Below are positions 50,727 to 63,626 of a stretch of DNA of 64,000 bases, piece after piece (position 1 is the stretch's first letter; each line of letters starts with the position of its first letter). Source of the DNA: Octopus sinensis (lineage: Eukaryota); NCBI RefSeq assembly GCF_006345805.1, contig NC_043009.1, positions 17,918,001-17,982,000 of the forward strand. Reading direction: 5' to 3'. Under the pieces are notes generated by a model that saw only the letters and a program-made list of their open reading frames with translations, did not search any database and was not told the origin of the DNA. Made by a program: the position numbers and the translations under genes.

Positions 50727-52290
50727 CAGTGATCCCTCGTTTATCGCGGTAGATTGGTTCCGAGACCGGCCGCGATGACTGAATTTCCGCGAACTAGGGA
50801 CACCATATTTGCAGTATTTATTTAACGTGTATTTGGACTTTTAAAACCTTTCCTGTACTGTTAACAACCCACCATTACAGTAATATATTAATAATAAGGA
50901 TAACTGTTAAGCAATAACACTTTAGATTTAAAAAAAATATATTGTTACTCTACTCAACATGAAAGAAGTTGAAGTAAAATTTGAATGATGATGGTGATGA
51001 ATTTGCTGCACAGTAAAATGATGATGATGAAGCTGACGGCGGTGCCCTTTCCTGGGACATCTCTTCCACTTCTTCCGAAGGTGCAGCCGTAGTAGTAGCA
51101 GCAGGAACTGGCTCTTTTTTTGCGAGGCTGCAAAAACATTGTGATAGGAAGTTGCTGCCGCTGCTACTTTTTCCGTTCAAAGAGCATCTTTTAGGGATTC
51201 AGAACTTTGTCGACCTTGTTGCAAAATTGCACACAACGAACCATACCGTCGTCCCATTCCTATGACCCCTCTTTCAATTCTTTAGCCATGTTGCAAGAGC
51301 TTGGCCAGACGTCCCAAAGTCAAGCCAGTTTGGTCGACTTCTTCCGTTTCTTGCTGCGTTTCTTCTTCTTCTTCTTCTTCTTCTTCTTCTTCTTCTCTTC
51401 TTCTTCTTCTTCTTCTTCTTCTTCTTCTTCGCTGGCTGACTTCGTCACGTCTCCGAGGTCTGCGTCGGTCGGCGGCTGGGAATGGTAGTCTAATAACTAT
51501 TTCTTTACTACCCACAAGGGGCTAAACACAGAGAGGATAAACAAGGACAGACAAACGGATTAAGTTGGTTATATCGACCCCAGTGCGTAACTGGAATTTA
51601 TTTAATCGACCCCGAAGGGATGAAAGGCAAAGTCGACCTCGGCGGAATTTGAACTCAGAACGTAACGGCAGACGAAATACGGCTACGCATTTCGTCCGGC
51701 GTGCTAACGATTCTGCCAGCTCAATACCGTGATAGTCTAATAATGCGTCAATGTCTCCCGTGGTCATGTCTGCAAAGCCGTCACCTCCAATGATAGCAGC
51801 CAACTGCAAAGCTTTCTGTACTGCGGAGTGTTGGATTTCGACAGGTGTCGTAAATAACCTCGGGCCACAAATTTTTCCAACTCGCGTTTTTCACGCACAG
51901 CAACTCTTCACACACAGCACAGCGTAAAGTAGTAGAGTAAACCACTCGGTGAGAAAGCTTGAAGCGAAATGGCCGCGAGAGAGAGAGACGAAGGAAGATG
52001 CTGCGGATCTGAGCATCGGTCAAAGCACCAATCACAGGCCAGACTACAAAATAGAAAGCTGTGATTCTCTCTATTGCACCAATCACAACCTATCTTAAAT
52101 TCAAATACCCTTGTATATGCTTTTTTTGCTATTTCACGCTTGTTTTGCTGTCCCTAGACTAGGAAATAATATCTATTATTAATATTTTAACGGATTTAAT
52201 GAAAAGTTTTAGGTGTTCACATATAATTATATATATATATATTTTAAAAATCCGCGAAGTCGTGAACCGCGAAGTAGCGAGGGATCACTG
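50727..52290 (-). mobile_element. Internally deleted Tigger/pogo element with intact TIRs
   Basis: TA|CAGTGATCCCTCG...CGAGGGATCACTG|TA; C-terminal coding motifs WKNLWPEV, GGDGFADMT, HSQPPTDADL, poly-E, QRQQLPITMFL. Confidence 0.9.
51497..51722 (-). mobile_element. SINE family B nested in the Tigger element
   Basis: 14-bp duplication TGGTAGTCTAATAA (51483-51496) / TGATAGTCTAATAA (51730-51743). Confidence 0.9.
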
Positions 52291-52455
52291 TACATACACA
52301 CACACACACAAACAAACAAATATATATATATATATATATACATATATGTATGCGTGTGTATGTGCATGCGTGTGTGTGTGTACATGCGTGTGTATGTATA
52401 TATCTGTGTGTGTGTGTGTGTGTGTGTGTTGTGTGTGTGTATGTACGTATGTATA

Positions 52456-52700
52456 CAGGGTGTTCAGGCTAAATTTGACAGTTTGCATTAACGGAAAACA
52501 AAACACAATATCCCAAAATAAAGATTTTTTTTTTTAATTAAAAAATATGAATTAGATTATGACTGAGAGATAATAGTTTACTCAAAGTAGCCGCAATCAG
52601 ATTCTTCCTCGGTTACAAGACGGTTCTGGAACCTGGTCCATGCGTTCTTCACTGTGTCCCAAAGAAGAACTTTAAACACTATTGCCTCAAACTGACCGCA
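52456..52700 (-). mobile_element. Tc1/mariner 3' end fragment
   Basis: TA|CAGGGTGTTCA terminus; C-terminal TRFQNRL...CGYFE*. Confidence 0.65.
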
Positions 52701-53075
52701 GCTTTGCGAGTGGATTAAGTGGATGGAAAATGAAAGAAGTTCCTCATACATTGCGAGTGGGAGTGGGGGGCTCCTGATGGGCTAATTACGGCTGGAGCTC
52801 TTTTTATCTTTTACATACCTCTGCCATATTATCCAGTCAACAATTATGTGCTGTGTTTAGTCAACACTTACAGAGTATAAATATATGCCTATGCAGTCCC
52901 TATGGACACACTGCAATTCTCATGTGTCAGACATCCACAGGATACACAGTACAGACTACCGACCCAACTGTCGGGAAAAGCTGGTCTTCCGATTTTAAAT
53001 ATTTGTTTCTATGGAACCAACATATTTGTTCCTCTGTTTATTTCCTGATATCTTGAGGCAGTTGTCCTAAAACAA

Positions 53076-53125
<50 letters not shown>

Positions 53126-53129
<4 letters not shown>

Positions 53130-53280
53130 GGGAAGCTTTATGAAAATAAACAAAAGACGAAGGCAGGTGGAAAACAAACGAACAATTGTATTAGTATGGC
53201 GCTCAGGAAATATAAATAAAACAAGTCTTTAACGTTTCGAGCCTACGCTCTTCAACAGAAAGATACACAGAGAGAGAAAT
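53126..53280 (-). mobile_element. Short Penelope-type repeat with hammerhead (copy C, related subfamily)
   Basis: Shares GCTCAGGAAA and TTTAACGTTTCGAGC...GCTCTTC with copies A and B; flanked by AT microsatellite. Confidence 0.7.
53226..53263 (-). ncRNA. Minimal hammerhead ribozyme motif
   Basis: TCTTT-CTGTTGA-A-GAGC-GTAG-GCTC-GAAA-CGTT-AAAGA; 5-bp stem I, A6 mutated. Confidence 0.6.
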
Positions 53281-53388
53281 ACGTGTATATAGATGTATGT
53301 GTATATATATGTATATGCATTTGTCTGTATGTATGTATGTATATTTGTATTTATATATATATATGTATATACATACATATATACATAC

Positions 53389-53464
<76 letters not shown>

Positions 53465-53508
53465 TATATTATATATATATATATTATATATATAATATAT
53501 ATATATGT

Positions 53509-53552
<44 letters not shown>

Positions 53553-53556
53553 ATAT

Positions 53557-53590
<34 letters not shown>

Positions 53591-54250
53591 ATAAAGCACG
53601 ATTTATTCGCGATCAGAGTTGTTCAAAATCCGAGTTACTACTGTATGTATGTATATGGATGTATATATAAGTATGTATGTATGTATGTATATATATATAT
53701 GTATATGTGTGTGTGTACATATATATATAATATAAATATATGCATATATACATACATGTATATATATATATATATGTATGTATGCATGTATATATGCGTA
53801 TATATATAGGTATGTATATTTATAGATGCATACTTATAGATGTATATATATATATACATATATATGTATGCATGTATATATGCGTATATATATAATATGT
53901 ATGTATATTTATAGATGCATACTTATAGATGTATATATATATATACATATATATGTATGCATGTATATATGCGTATATATATAATATGTATGTATATTTA
54001 TAGATGCATACTTATAGATGTATATGTATAAATGTATATATAGATAGATTTATATGTATATATAGAGAGCTATATGTATACGTGTATATAGATGTATGTG
54101 TATATATATGTATATGTATTTGTCTGTATGTATGTATGTATATTTGTATTTATATATATATATATGTATATACATACATATATACATACATACATACATA
54201 TTGATGTGCATGTGTGTATATATACATATGTATGTATGTATGTATGTAAG

Positions 54251-54281
<31 letters not shown>

Positions 54282-54300
54282 GCACATATACGTACGAACA
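53281..54300. repeat. Compound AT/TATG microsatellite with higher-order repeats
   Basis: An about 80-bp unit recurs three times at about 53770-54020; 53281-53400 is duplicated at about 54079-54200. Confidence 0.85.
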
Positions 54301-54915
54301 TATCTGTGTGTGTGATGAGGAGGGGATGCTCTAAGCATTTTACTTTTTAGAAGATGCTGTGGACAAAAATTTTAAGAATGGAAGTGAATTAGAGAGAAAA
54401 AAGAATAGATGAGTTTTAGATTTGGTCGGTGGATGTTCTAGATTGTATTAATGGAGTCAGTCCTCGTTATAGTTTATCTCTTCACGTGTTGCCAAATTCT
54501 CAAGGACTTCTCACAGGACACGACTGAAAGTCGCCCGGTTTAACCCGAAATGATAAAGACATACGATAACAATATTCCCCTCATTCGGTAACAAACACGA
54601 CTCTTTTCAATAGATTATTCTTATCTCTGTTCTACTAAGTTTCAAGTATCTAGTTCAGCTTTAGCAATGAGTGTGAGCGCGAGTGCTACCATAAGTGTAT
54701 AATGCCAACGTTCAGCATATAAAAGAAACAATCGACAGAATACACACGCACACGCACATACACACACACACACACACGCTCACACACACACGCTCACACA
54801 CACACACCCACACACAACCCGTCATGTGACGAATAACGCTGGGAATAAACTTTTGTTGCTGTGGGTGATACCAGGTAAATCGAAACAAGCACACTAATTA
54901 TAATTTTACCTTTTC

Positions 54916-54949
<34 letters not shown>

Positions 54950-55240
54950 CTATTTCGTGATGTTTATACAAATAGTGAAATGAATAATACAAATTTTCGA
55001 AATAAACAGGTTTATTAAATTAATATGTAATTAGATAAAATTGCTTGTTTACTCATCATTTAATTTCAGGTGTGGTGTTAACTGTTATTGCCCCCTATGA
55101 CAAAGGTTTGTTCCCAACTTAACCCTAATGTATTCCTGGTACCAGCCTAGTAAACTGTAACCAAAGAAGATAGCTCCTAAAACGTCGTAGATGTCTTGTA
55201 TCGAGTGATGTGAGCAAGACATCAACATTGAGTATTATCA

Positions 55241-55289
<49 letters not shown>

Positions 55290-55291
<2 letters not shown>

Positions 55292-55900
55292 TATATGGCC
55301 ATGCAGCCATAGTGTTTAGGAACCTGGTTAAGGGCGACAGCAGGAGAATCTCCAGCTTATCTTCAAGCAAAGAGCTCTTTGATGCTGCGCCCCGTACTAT
55401 AGCCGGGATCTGGGTGCCAGCGGTTTGAAGAATAATATCAGTTACATACCAGACTCTGGCTTCCAGCCCCGAGAAAGCGACACCGGAAAGTGCTGCGGTC
55501 CACGCCGCCCTTCTCTTTAAACGTTAAAACCAGAGTAGGAAAGATCTTCCTTGGTTTAGATTATTTCACTTGCTGCTCCGTTCTAATAGATTCAACAAAA
55601 TATTTAATGGACATACCCTGAGATTATCTTTTAACTGTGCAGCGAGTGTAAAAAAGATTTTAGTAGATAGGCCTACACCCGAGGCAGAAGCAGGATGCTC
55701 ATGCGGGAGTAACACAACTTGTCCGCTGATTGGCCGCTGCTACGTGGAGACAGCTGTATTCGAGGCAGAGGAGGTAACATCCATAGGACCCAATGGATAA
55801 CCGAGCATGCAGAAGTATGGTGCTGGAAAGTTCCGGCTTTAAGGGTGTCTCGACAGGCCTGGTTGGAGGCCCAACATTCCGAATCTATTACAGGTCTTAG
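55290..55900 (+). pseudogene. Penelope-like element, RT thumb/linker/GIY-YIG start
   Basis: RRISSLSSSKELFDAA, RKRHRKVL..PPFSLNVKTRVGKIFL, KIFNGHTLRLSFNC, CSCG...CPLIGRC...AVFEA. Confidence 0.85.
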
Positions 55901-56344
55901 AAAAACTGGAGCAATAAGTGAGTGAATCTGAGAGGGGAATATGTTGAATAAAATCTTAACTGATTGTAATGTATTTTGTTTTGCCCAAAGCCAAGAACTT
56001 TTCGTCATCCTCTCGTACGCATGGAATAATCGGTAAATGTGTGCGCGTCTTAATGAAAGTATACAGTAATGGTGTGCATTGTGCATGCATGTGAGGGTGA
56101 AAAATATATTTCTGCATTTATGCAATCTTCTTAGGAACAAATCTATTTTATCGAGGATTCCATTCCATTGACCTTCCCCGCTTCTACATACACACACTTA
56201 CCAACGCAATATCATGTTCTCCTAGGGGGACATTCACTCAATTACTGGCTATGGGTTGGTGCAATACTAACCATACTAACTGATAATGATAGCACAGAAA
56301 TGGCAAGCATCAAAATAATAAGATGTAGTCTTAAGGCAATGTGC

Positions 56345-56397
<53 letters not shown>

Positions 56398-56403
56398 CCT
56401 GTA

Positions 56404-56615
56404 CTCTTTCCTCTTTTACTTGTTTCAGTCAGTGGACCGCGGCCATGCTGGAGCACCGCCTTTAGTCGAGCAACTTAACCCCGGGACTTATTCTTTGTAA
56501 GCCCAGTACTTATTCTATCGGTCTGTCTTGCTGAACCGCTAAGTGACGGGGACATAAACACACCCTCATCGGTTGTCAAGCAATGCTAGGGGGACAAACA
56601 CAGACACAGAAACAT

Positions 56616-56686
<71 letters not shown>

Positions 56687-56852
56687 TACGACGGGCTTCT
56701 TTCAGTTTCCGTCTACCAAATCCACTCACAAGGCTTTGGTCGGCCCGAGGCTATAGTAGAAGACACTTGCCCATGGTGCCACGCAGTGGGACTGAACCTG
56801 GAACCATGTGGTTGGTAAGCAAGCTACTTACCACACAGCCACTCCTGCGCCT
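56404..56852 (-). mobile_element. tRNA-derived SINE, family A (best-preserved copy)
   Basis: Minus-strand head AGGCGCAGGAGTGGCTGTGTGGT (A box), GGTTCAGTCCC (B box), full body and tail. Confidence 0.92.
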
Positions 56853-57369
56853 GTGTGTAGGTTTTATATTTTGTATCATTCGTTTATAAAGTAAACATCG
56901 ATTGACAATTTTACCACTTTTTACCATTTTTTTTCATTTTATTCTGCCATATTTACTTGATTTCTTTTTCCCCTAAAATACAAAAATTGAAGAATAAAGA
57001 TGGAAATTTTCCTATCAATTAGAATTGTCAGTTTAAGGAAATTTGTTAGCTTCGAAAATAATAAATTCCAAGTTTTAAAGATAACCATTCTCGGAGAAGA
57101 AATTCCCTGTTGCGAGGCGCATATTTATGGTTAAGGTTTTCCTGACAGTCACAATGAATGATTATAATAAAATCACTGGATTTTTTTAAAAGATTAATAA
57201 AAACAAAGTACTTTTTTTACTTATATTTTTCTCTCTTTCAATTTGGAAGCTTCAGTTTAGAAGGAATATGCTTATTCTAATGGAAGAGAAAGATTTCAAA
57301 GCAATTTGCGTTGTCAGGACAAAAGGAAGAAAATGCATTCAACGCATTTACTAGTATACCGTAACAATA

Positions 57370-58496
57370 TCTTTATATATATAAAACTGAGAATGTGTGT
57401 CTGTGTGTCTGTGTGTTTCCCTAAAACTTGAGAACTACACAACCAATTTCATTCAAATTTTACACATGCCTTACTTAGGGTCCGGGGAGTGTCATCGGTA
57501 AAAAAAATTTTGAACTTTTTGCCTAGGGCGAGCCCACAGCAATATCATATCTTCTCCACTACGATTCCCTAAAACTTGAGAACTACACAATCAATTCCAT
57601 TCAAATTTTACACATGCCTTACTTAGGGTCCATGTAGTTCATGTGCAAAAGAAATGTTCAACTTCTTGCCTAGAGCGAGCCCATAGCAATATCATATCTT
57701 CTCCACTATTTCAGTATTACGTGTTAACAGTGAAACAAAACGTTTCTCTATTTTATGTCAGATGCTTTCACTTTAACAATGAAAATAATAATAACAATTG
57801 AATTACATGTAGTAAGTAATAATTAAAATCAAACTAAAGTAACATAACGAAAGTAAAAATAGCAATTGGTATAAAATCGCATCAATGATTTGAACTTGAA
57901 TAAGTGGTTTCACATGAATGGGAATAAATTAAAAATAAAATTAGCGTGCAGAAATGGAATAGTCCAGATGGATAATAAAAAATTAAATTAAAGAAAAGAC
58001 TATTGTCTATAAACTATACAACGTAGAGAAAAAAGAAGATTTGAACACCTTCGAAAAGTGTTTTGGTGCGACTATGAAAGGTATCTAATCAGAGGCGGTA
58101 AATTCGCCACAATAGAAGCAAGGTTCGAGTCAACGGAGCGTGCAAGGGAGTACTCGACTCGAACTTGCAAAGTAGAAATATTTTAATTTTACATTTATAT
58201 TTGGGACGTAGGACGTCCCGAAAAAAAATAAAAAAGGACCCCTTCCCCCAGAAGTAGAGGTAGGATGGATTGTAGCCACTCTTCTATACAAGAGGGAGGA
58301 CAAGATACAATTGATCGAAATTACAAGAGACAGGCTAACAATTCCAGTCTGTTATATATTTTGAGTATTGTTATCACTAGCGATATCAAGATATAACTTT
58401 GTATTTTGTATTTTATGTGTAGATGTACATGTAATATGTACACATATATACATGCACTAGCACTATGACCCGGCAACGACGGGTCTTTAATGCTAG
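57370..58496 (+). mobile_element. Non-autonomous Helitron (1.1 kb) with internal duplication
   Basis: A|TC at 57370, GACCCG-GCAACGA-CGGGTC hairpin 58467-58485, CTAG|T at 58496; about 140-bp block repeated at about 57417 and 57565. Confidence 0.85.
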
Positions 58497-59314
58497 TATT
58501 TATATAAAATTTCAGTGGAATTAAATATGACCCAACTACGATGAATCTCAATTAAATAGTTTTGATCTATCGATCAAAAATAGATTGCAATTTTTTTCCT
58601 ATTGTTTCACCGTAATGAAGAATCCAGCCAAGAACTCTCCAGCACATTTTCCACTACACAGTTCTGCATCACTGTCCTTCCATATATTTTTTCTTTTCTA
58701 TATATTTTCATATAAAAATAAACCTTTCTACAAACTAAGCAGAAAAAAGAAAAATCCCCTCAGCCTAGAATAATTTCTACAGATCAGTTTATCTAGAAAA
58801 TAAGACCGTTCTCTCTACCACACACCAATATACCTCCGTTTTTACTCACTTGGCTCTTGTACTCCAGCGATTAAACATGTGATGTAAAGTAGGACTGAGT
58901 TTCCGGTAAGCATTGGGTTCAACTTTGCTTAATTTGCATCACCGAATGCCACTTGAAAAAAAGAATAAATATGAACGCCACATTTAATTATTATTAGGAG
59001 TTTATAAGCACTAATATATCCCAATCCTTGGTTGTTACACATAATTAAAGATACATTGTTTTTATTTTTTTTTTTTTTTTTTATTATTACTATTAATTGC
59101 ACTTCCACCAATTGATGAGTAGATAGAAGAGTAAATAGCCAACCAAGAGATCGGTAGTTAGTATCCTGTTGGTGCTCATGGCCTTCAACACTTAAAATGC
59201 CTTGACCGCGAAGCCCCAAAATAGTATGAGTCACCATTGTAAACAACCGCAGCAACACTAATATTGCTTTTATATTCTGGCACAAGGCCAGGAATTTCTG
59301 GAGGAGGTCGGTGA

Positions 59315-59467
59315 GTCGATTATATCAACTGGTACTTATCTTATCGACCCCGAAAGGATGAAAGGCGAAATCAACAATGGATGAATTTGAACTCAGAACA
59401 TAAAGACAAACGAAATGCTGCTAAGCATTTTGCCCGGCGTGCTAATGGTTCTACCAGCTCGCCGTCT
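59315..59467 (-). mobile_element. SINE family B, partial
   Basis: Head and B-box region. Confidence 0.8.
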
Positions 59468-59787
59468 TCGCAACAGCACTAATATTGGTAAATGTTCTTT
59501 TAGTTATCAATACTGAATCTTAGACTAAGATAATATGACGTATGGCCACTAACAATTGGACCCTATCGGTGTGTTTCGTGTAGGTAGGTTTCTCTGAGAG
59601 GAGAGAAGTGTTATAAGCATCAGAAAAAAGGGCGGACAAATTGCAACATTTAACAAAATTAAGTTAGTTTAAACTTTCTAAACCTATCTAACACCAAAGT
59701 GAAGAAAGAAAATCTCTCAAATATTTGGAAAAGGGGCGGGTATTTGTCAGTTTGAAAACCGCCACTGTAATATGTAGTCCTGAATAA

Positions 59788-60000
59788 GGCGGCAAGCTGG
59801 CAGAATCGTTAGCACGCCGGACAAAATGCTTAGCAGTATTTCGACCGTCTTTACCTTCTGAGTTCAAATTCCACCGAGGTCGACTTTACTTTTTATCCTT
59901 CCTGGGTTGATAAAAATAAGTACAAGTTGAACACTGGGGTCAATGTAATCGACTTACCCCTACACCCAAAATTGCTGGTCTTGTATCAAAATCTGAAACC
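59788..60000 (+). mobile_element. SINE family B with 19-bp TSD
   Basis: AATATGTAGTCCTGAATAA (59769-59787) / AATATCTAGTCCCGAATAA (60001-60019). Confidence 0.9.
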
Positions 60001-60180
60001 AATATCTAGTCCCGAATAACACAACTAAAATACTAAAAGTCACGACAAATGTGACAACATCACAACCTCTGATTGTCTCTTTTGTATCTCCACTTCCTTT
60101 CATCATTAACTTTGTGGAGAAAAACTTTCTATAACAAATAGTTCGGAATGGACTTAAAAAAGAAACTATTTCATGTATAT

Positions 60181-60297
60181 AGGGAGAGCTTACGAAAAAA
60201 ACAAAAGACGAAGACAGGTGGTGTACAAAACAAACAGATGTATTAGTAGGAATAGAAAAAGTATTTTACGTTTCTACAGAAAGGGACATAAACAAGA
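60181..60297 (-). mobile_element. Relative of hammerhead copy C with the ribozyme centre deleted
   Basis: Shares AAACAAAAGACGAAG.CAGGTGG with 53126-53280; minus strand reads CTTT-CTG-TA-GAAA-CGT-A-AAA. Confidence 0.6.
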
Positions 60298-61211
60298 TGA
60301 TTTCTAATACACAAGCTAGCTTGAGGTATACTGAAACGATTCAGTATTCTGAGTGGATATAGTGAGAAATGAAACCATGAAATAAACTTGTAAAATTGTA
60401 AAACGTAAAACCGAATTGGAAACGTTTGTAAGTAAGAAAAATATCAAGACTAAAAACTGATAAGAAGCCACGTGTCTCTCCTTTTTTTTGTGTGTGTGGA
60501 TAGGTATAGTAACCACTAAACTTGAAAATTCTTGAAAATTCAGTAAATATAACACCATATCGAAGATTGAGATATTGTTTTGATCTTAAAATCTTATCAT
60601 CCACAAATCAATCACTTTCGGGATTCATTTTCATATAACCATGTTACTTGCATCCGTACTTAGGCTAAACAGGAATTAGAAACATGTTAATCTTTTATAT
60701 TAAGTTGAAATTAGATTGTTAACTGCTTCTCTTTTGGTGAGTAACGCATAAATAAAACAATAAAGTATGTTTTTGTTGTTATTTAGCCCCGAGTCCACCT
60801 TGATTGAGTAGAATTATGATCAAAGCCATCCTAACCTTGAATATCGCATTATTTTAGGTGTACTTGATTTAGGACTACAATACCCAAATGGGCCCCTTTG
60901 CTACGGTGGAGGAGTGTGTAATTTGAAAGAAATTTGGTTAATATTTCTAGCAGATCTCGCCAGCATAACAGAACCCATTATTTCCCAATTTGTATCCTTA
61001 GATGGTTTGAACTCAGTTCTCCATATTAATGCGTTACTCATCAGTTATACAAAGTTATGACTCCTTGCGATTAGGTATTAGTCACGGACAGCGTACAGAG
61101 TCCGTGACTGAATATTCTTAGACACTTGAGCATCCACGTCCTCCATTATAATTCCATTTACATATAAAGATGCACTACGGAAACGTAAATCGACTCCAGC
61201 ATTTGACTGGT

Positions 61212-61568
61212 ATCTTTTATCTTTTACATGCTGAGGCAGCACCTTGAAGAATTTTAGTTGAATGAATCGATCTCACTATTAATTTTTTTAAAGTATTGGT
61301 ACTTATTCTAACGGTCTCTTTTGCCGAGCTTCTAGATTATGGGGACGTAAACACACCAAGACCGGTTGTCAAGCGGTAAGTGGGGAACAAATACAGACAC
61401 ACACATATACAACAGGCTTCTTTCAGCTTCTGTCTAATAAATCCACTTACAAGGCTTTGGCCGGCCCGAGGCTATAGAAGACACATGCTGAAGGTGCTAT
61501 GCAGCGGGATTGAAAACGAAACCATGTGGTTGAGAAGCAAACTTTTTATCACAGTCAATCCTGCGCCT
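61212..61568 (-). mobile_element. tRNA-derived SINE, family A
   Basis: Family motifs; the 5' end is followed by an inverted duplication. Confidence 0.85.
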
Positions 61569-62569
61569 CAGGATTGACTGTGATAATTTTCGGTCTCAGA
61601 ACGACAAAAAAGCACGGCGGCATTTCATAACCAAGAATCGCTAAGTACTTTAAGTGAGATGCTATAAAAAAATTGTTGGAGATACTGCAATCAGAAATAT
61701 CTGTCCGTGGCTGGTGAGTTTTATCGAATTATATGGAGAATATGGAATATGTAGTTGTGACAGTCATGCATGTTCCAGCATTTCATTGTCATCATTAACA
61801 CCATCGTTAGAAGCATGGTCACCACAACATCCTGTTGAGTCTTGCATGTGAGGAGCATTTAATTGAACGCTAATCCGGTTTCAACCCTCCTGCTTCAACG
61901 ACTTTCAATTAAGTCGTTAATGATATTCTGTTAATAAATATCACCCCACCAGGCTAAAATCACTTATCTTATGCCTATTTAGGGAACAACCTTTTGACTG
62001 AACAGCTTTTCTATGCCATGAATATATGGCCGTGGCTCAACCGCTCCACACATTGATTATATTGAAATATTTTGAAAGTGAATAAAGGAGAGGAACGAGG
62101 AGTACTTTCAGATAAAACCAACGTTCAAGAACTAATGAAACAATATTATACACCATAACAATTGCCATGGTGACATCGGTGTTTGGAGATTATAGGAGGT
62201 GAAGGCTTTGAAATGACCTGTAGAAATATTTTGGTTCTTGTTTTTGGTGTCAGCAATGGTGGTGGTGGTGGGATGGTGGTGGTGGTGGTGGACAGTGGTG
62301 GTGGGGAGTGTGATAAAGTTGGTAGTGTTATTATCGTATAGATGGTTTTAATGATGATATTGGTGGGTATCATCATATACAAACACTTATCAATGTACAT
62401 AAACCTATTCACACACGTATAACACTACATACAAGTACATCACACATTTTCCTACATACATACATCTGAATATATATATGAGCATGAGAATACATACATA
62501 AAACAAAACATACAGATCTGCACGTATACATACATACAAAAACATCATATTGATATTGTTAAAATTCCA

Positions 62570-62680
62570 GTGAAGGAGCCTTAGATCTAGGTTAGAAACC
62601 GGCTCTTTCTCTATTGGCAAGAAATCTTGAAATAAAACTTATGAATGACATACATACATAGATACATACATACCACGTAT
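62570..62680 (+). mobile_element. Probable LINE 3' end terminating in (CATA)n
   Basis: ...GAAATAAAACTTATGAATGACATACATAC resembles the end of R4-like copy 2 (AAAATGAGAATGAGAACATACATAC). Confidence 0.4.
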
Positions 62681-63626
62681 CCAACACACATTCCTCAACA
62701 CAGTTTATACACACAGCATAGAAAATGAGCGACGGTGCGGTTGTGTGTTTAAGACATTCACTTGATTCGCTTTCCGACCACATGCTTTCATGTTCGATCG
62801 GCACTTGGAGCAAGAGACTTCCACCATAGTTTCGAGTAGACAAAAAAGCTTTGTGAACGAAATCTGATTGACGGAAAATTGTGCAGACAACCGCCTTATT
62901 CAAGGAACAAACGAGGGAGACTCTATGTGGTTGCACAACCATCTAGAAATAGCAACCAAATCTTTTCTCAAGTCATTGTCTTCCGTCATAAGCAATATTA
63001 GATAATGCTGTCTTACAAACCTCTATAAACGATGAGATAACTACGACTGGAATAGCTTTGATCATGAATCTATAAGCTCAGAGTTGACCTGGGGCTGAAC
63101 AGCAACAAAAATTAGTTGACTCCCAAACAAAATACACATACACACACACACACATGCATAAGTAGGTAAGAATTAGACCCAAGTAGAAGCAAAATGAAAA
63201 GCGACCACATTGGCCAATTGTTTGTATAACAGGAGTATTCGAGAAAGTTCGAAGTGATGAACTATTAATAGGCACGTTTCCGTTATGAAGATACAACCAT
63301 TTGAATAACAGCTTCAACGCATCATTCTTTACCATCTTGACCTAGATATGACAGACCAATGAAATAACCCAGTTCGGACAGGTCGCGAGAGAAGAAACCT
63401 TTTCATCCTACTTCAATGAAGGAAAGAAAAAGTAGATTGTTTGAATCGATAGGTAACATGAGGAAGCAGGAAATTATATTACACATACACACAACTCACA
63501 ACGTATTTATGTATGTGTGCGTGTGTATGAATATATGCATGTTTTATATATGTGAACAAATATATATATGTATGTATTTACATAAATACATGCAAGTATA
63601 TATATACATATATATATATATATATA

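Noticed and set aside
56780-56852. tRNA-like sequences with A and B boxes
   Set aside because: They are SINE heads fused to repeat bodies; no complete cloverleaf.
61080-61109. 10-bp GC-rich hairpin as a pre-miRNA
   Set aside because: Too short for a miRNA precursor and no supporting context.
61600-61719. Exon ending at a strong donor CTG|GTGAGT
   Set aside because: All three frames contain stops; no other support.
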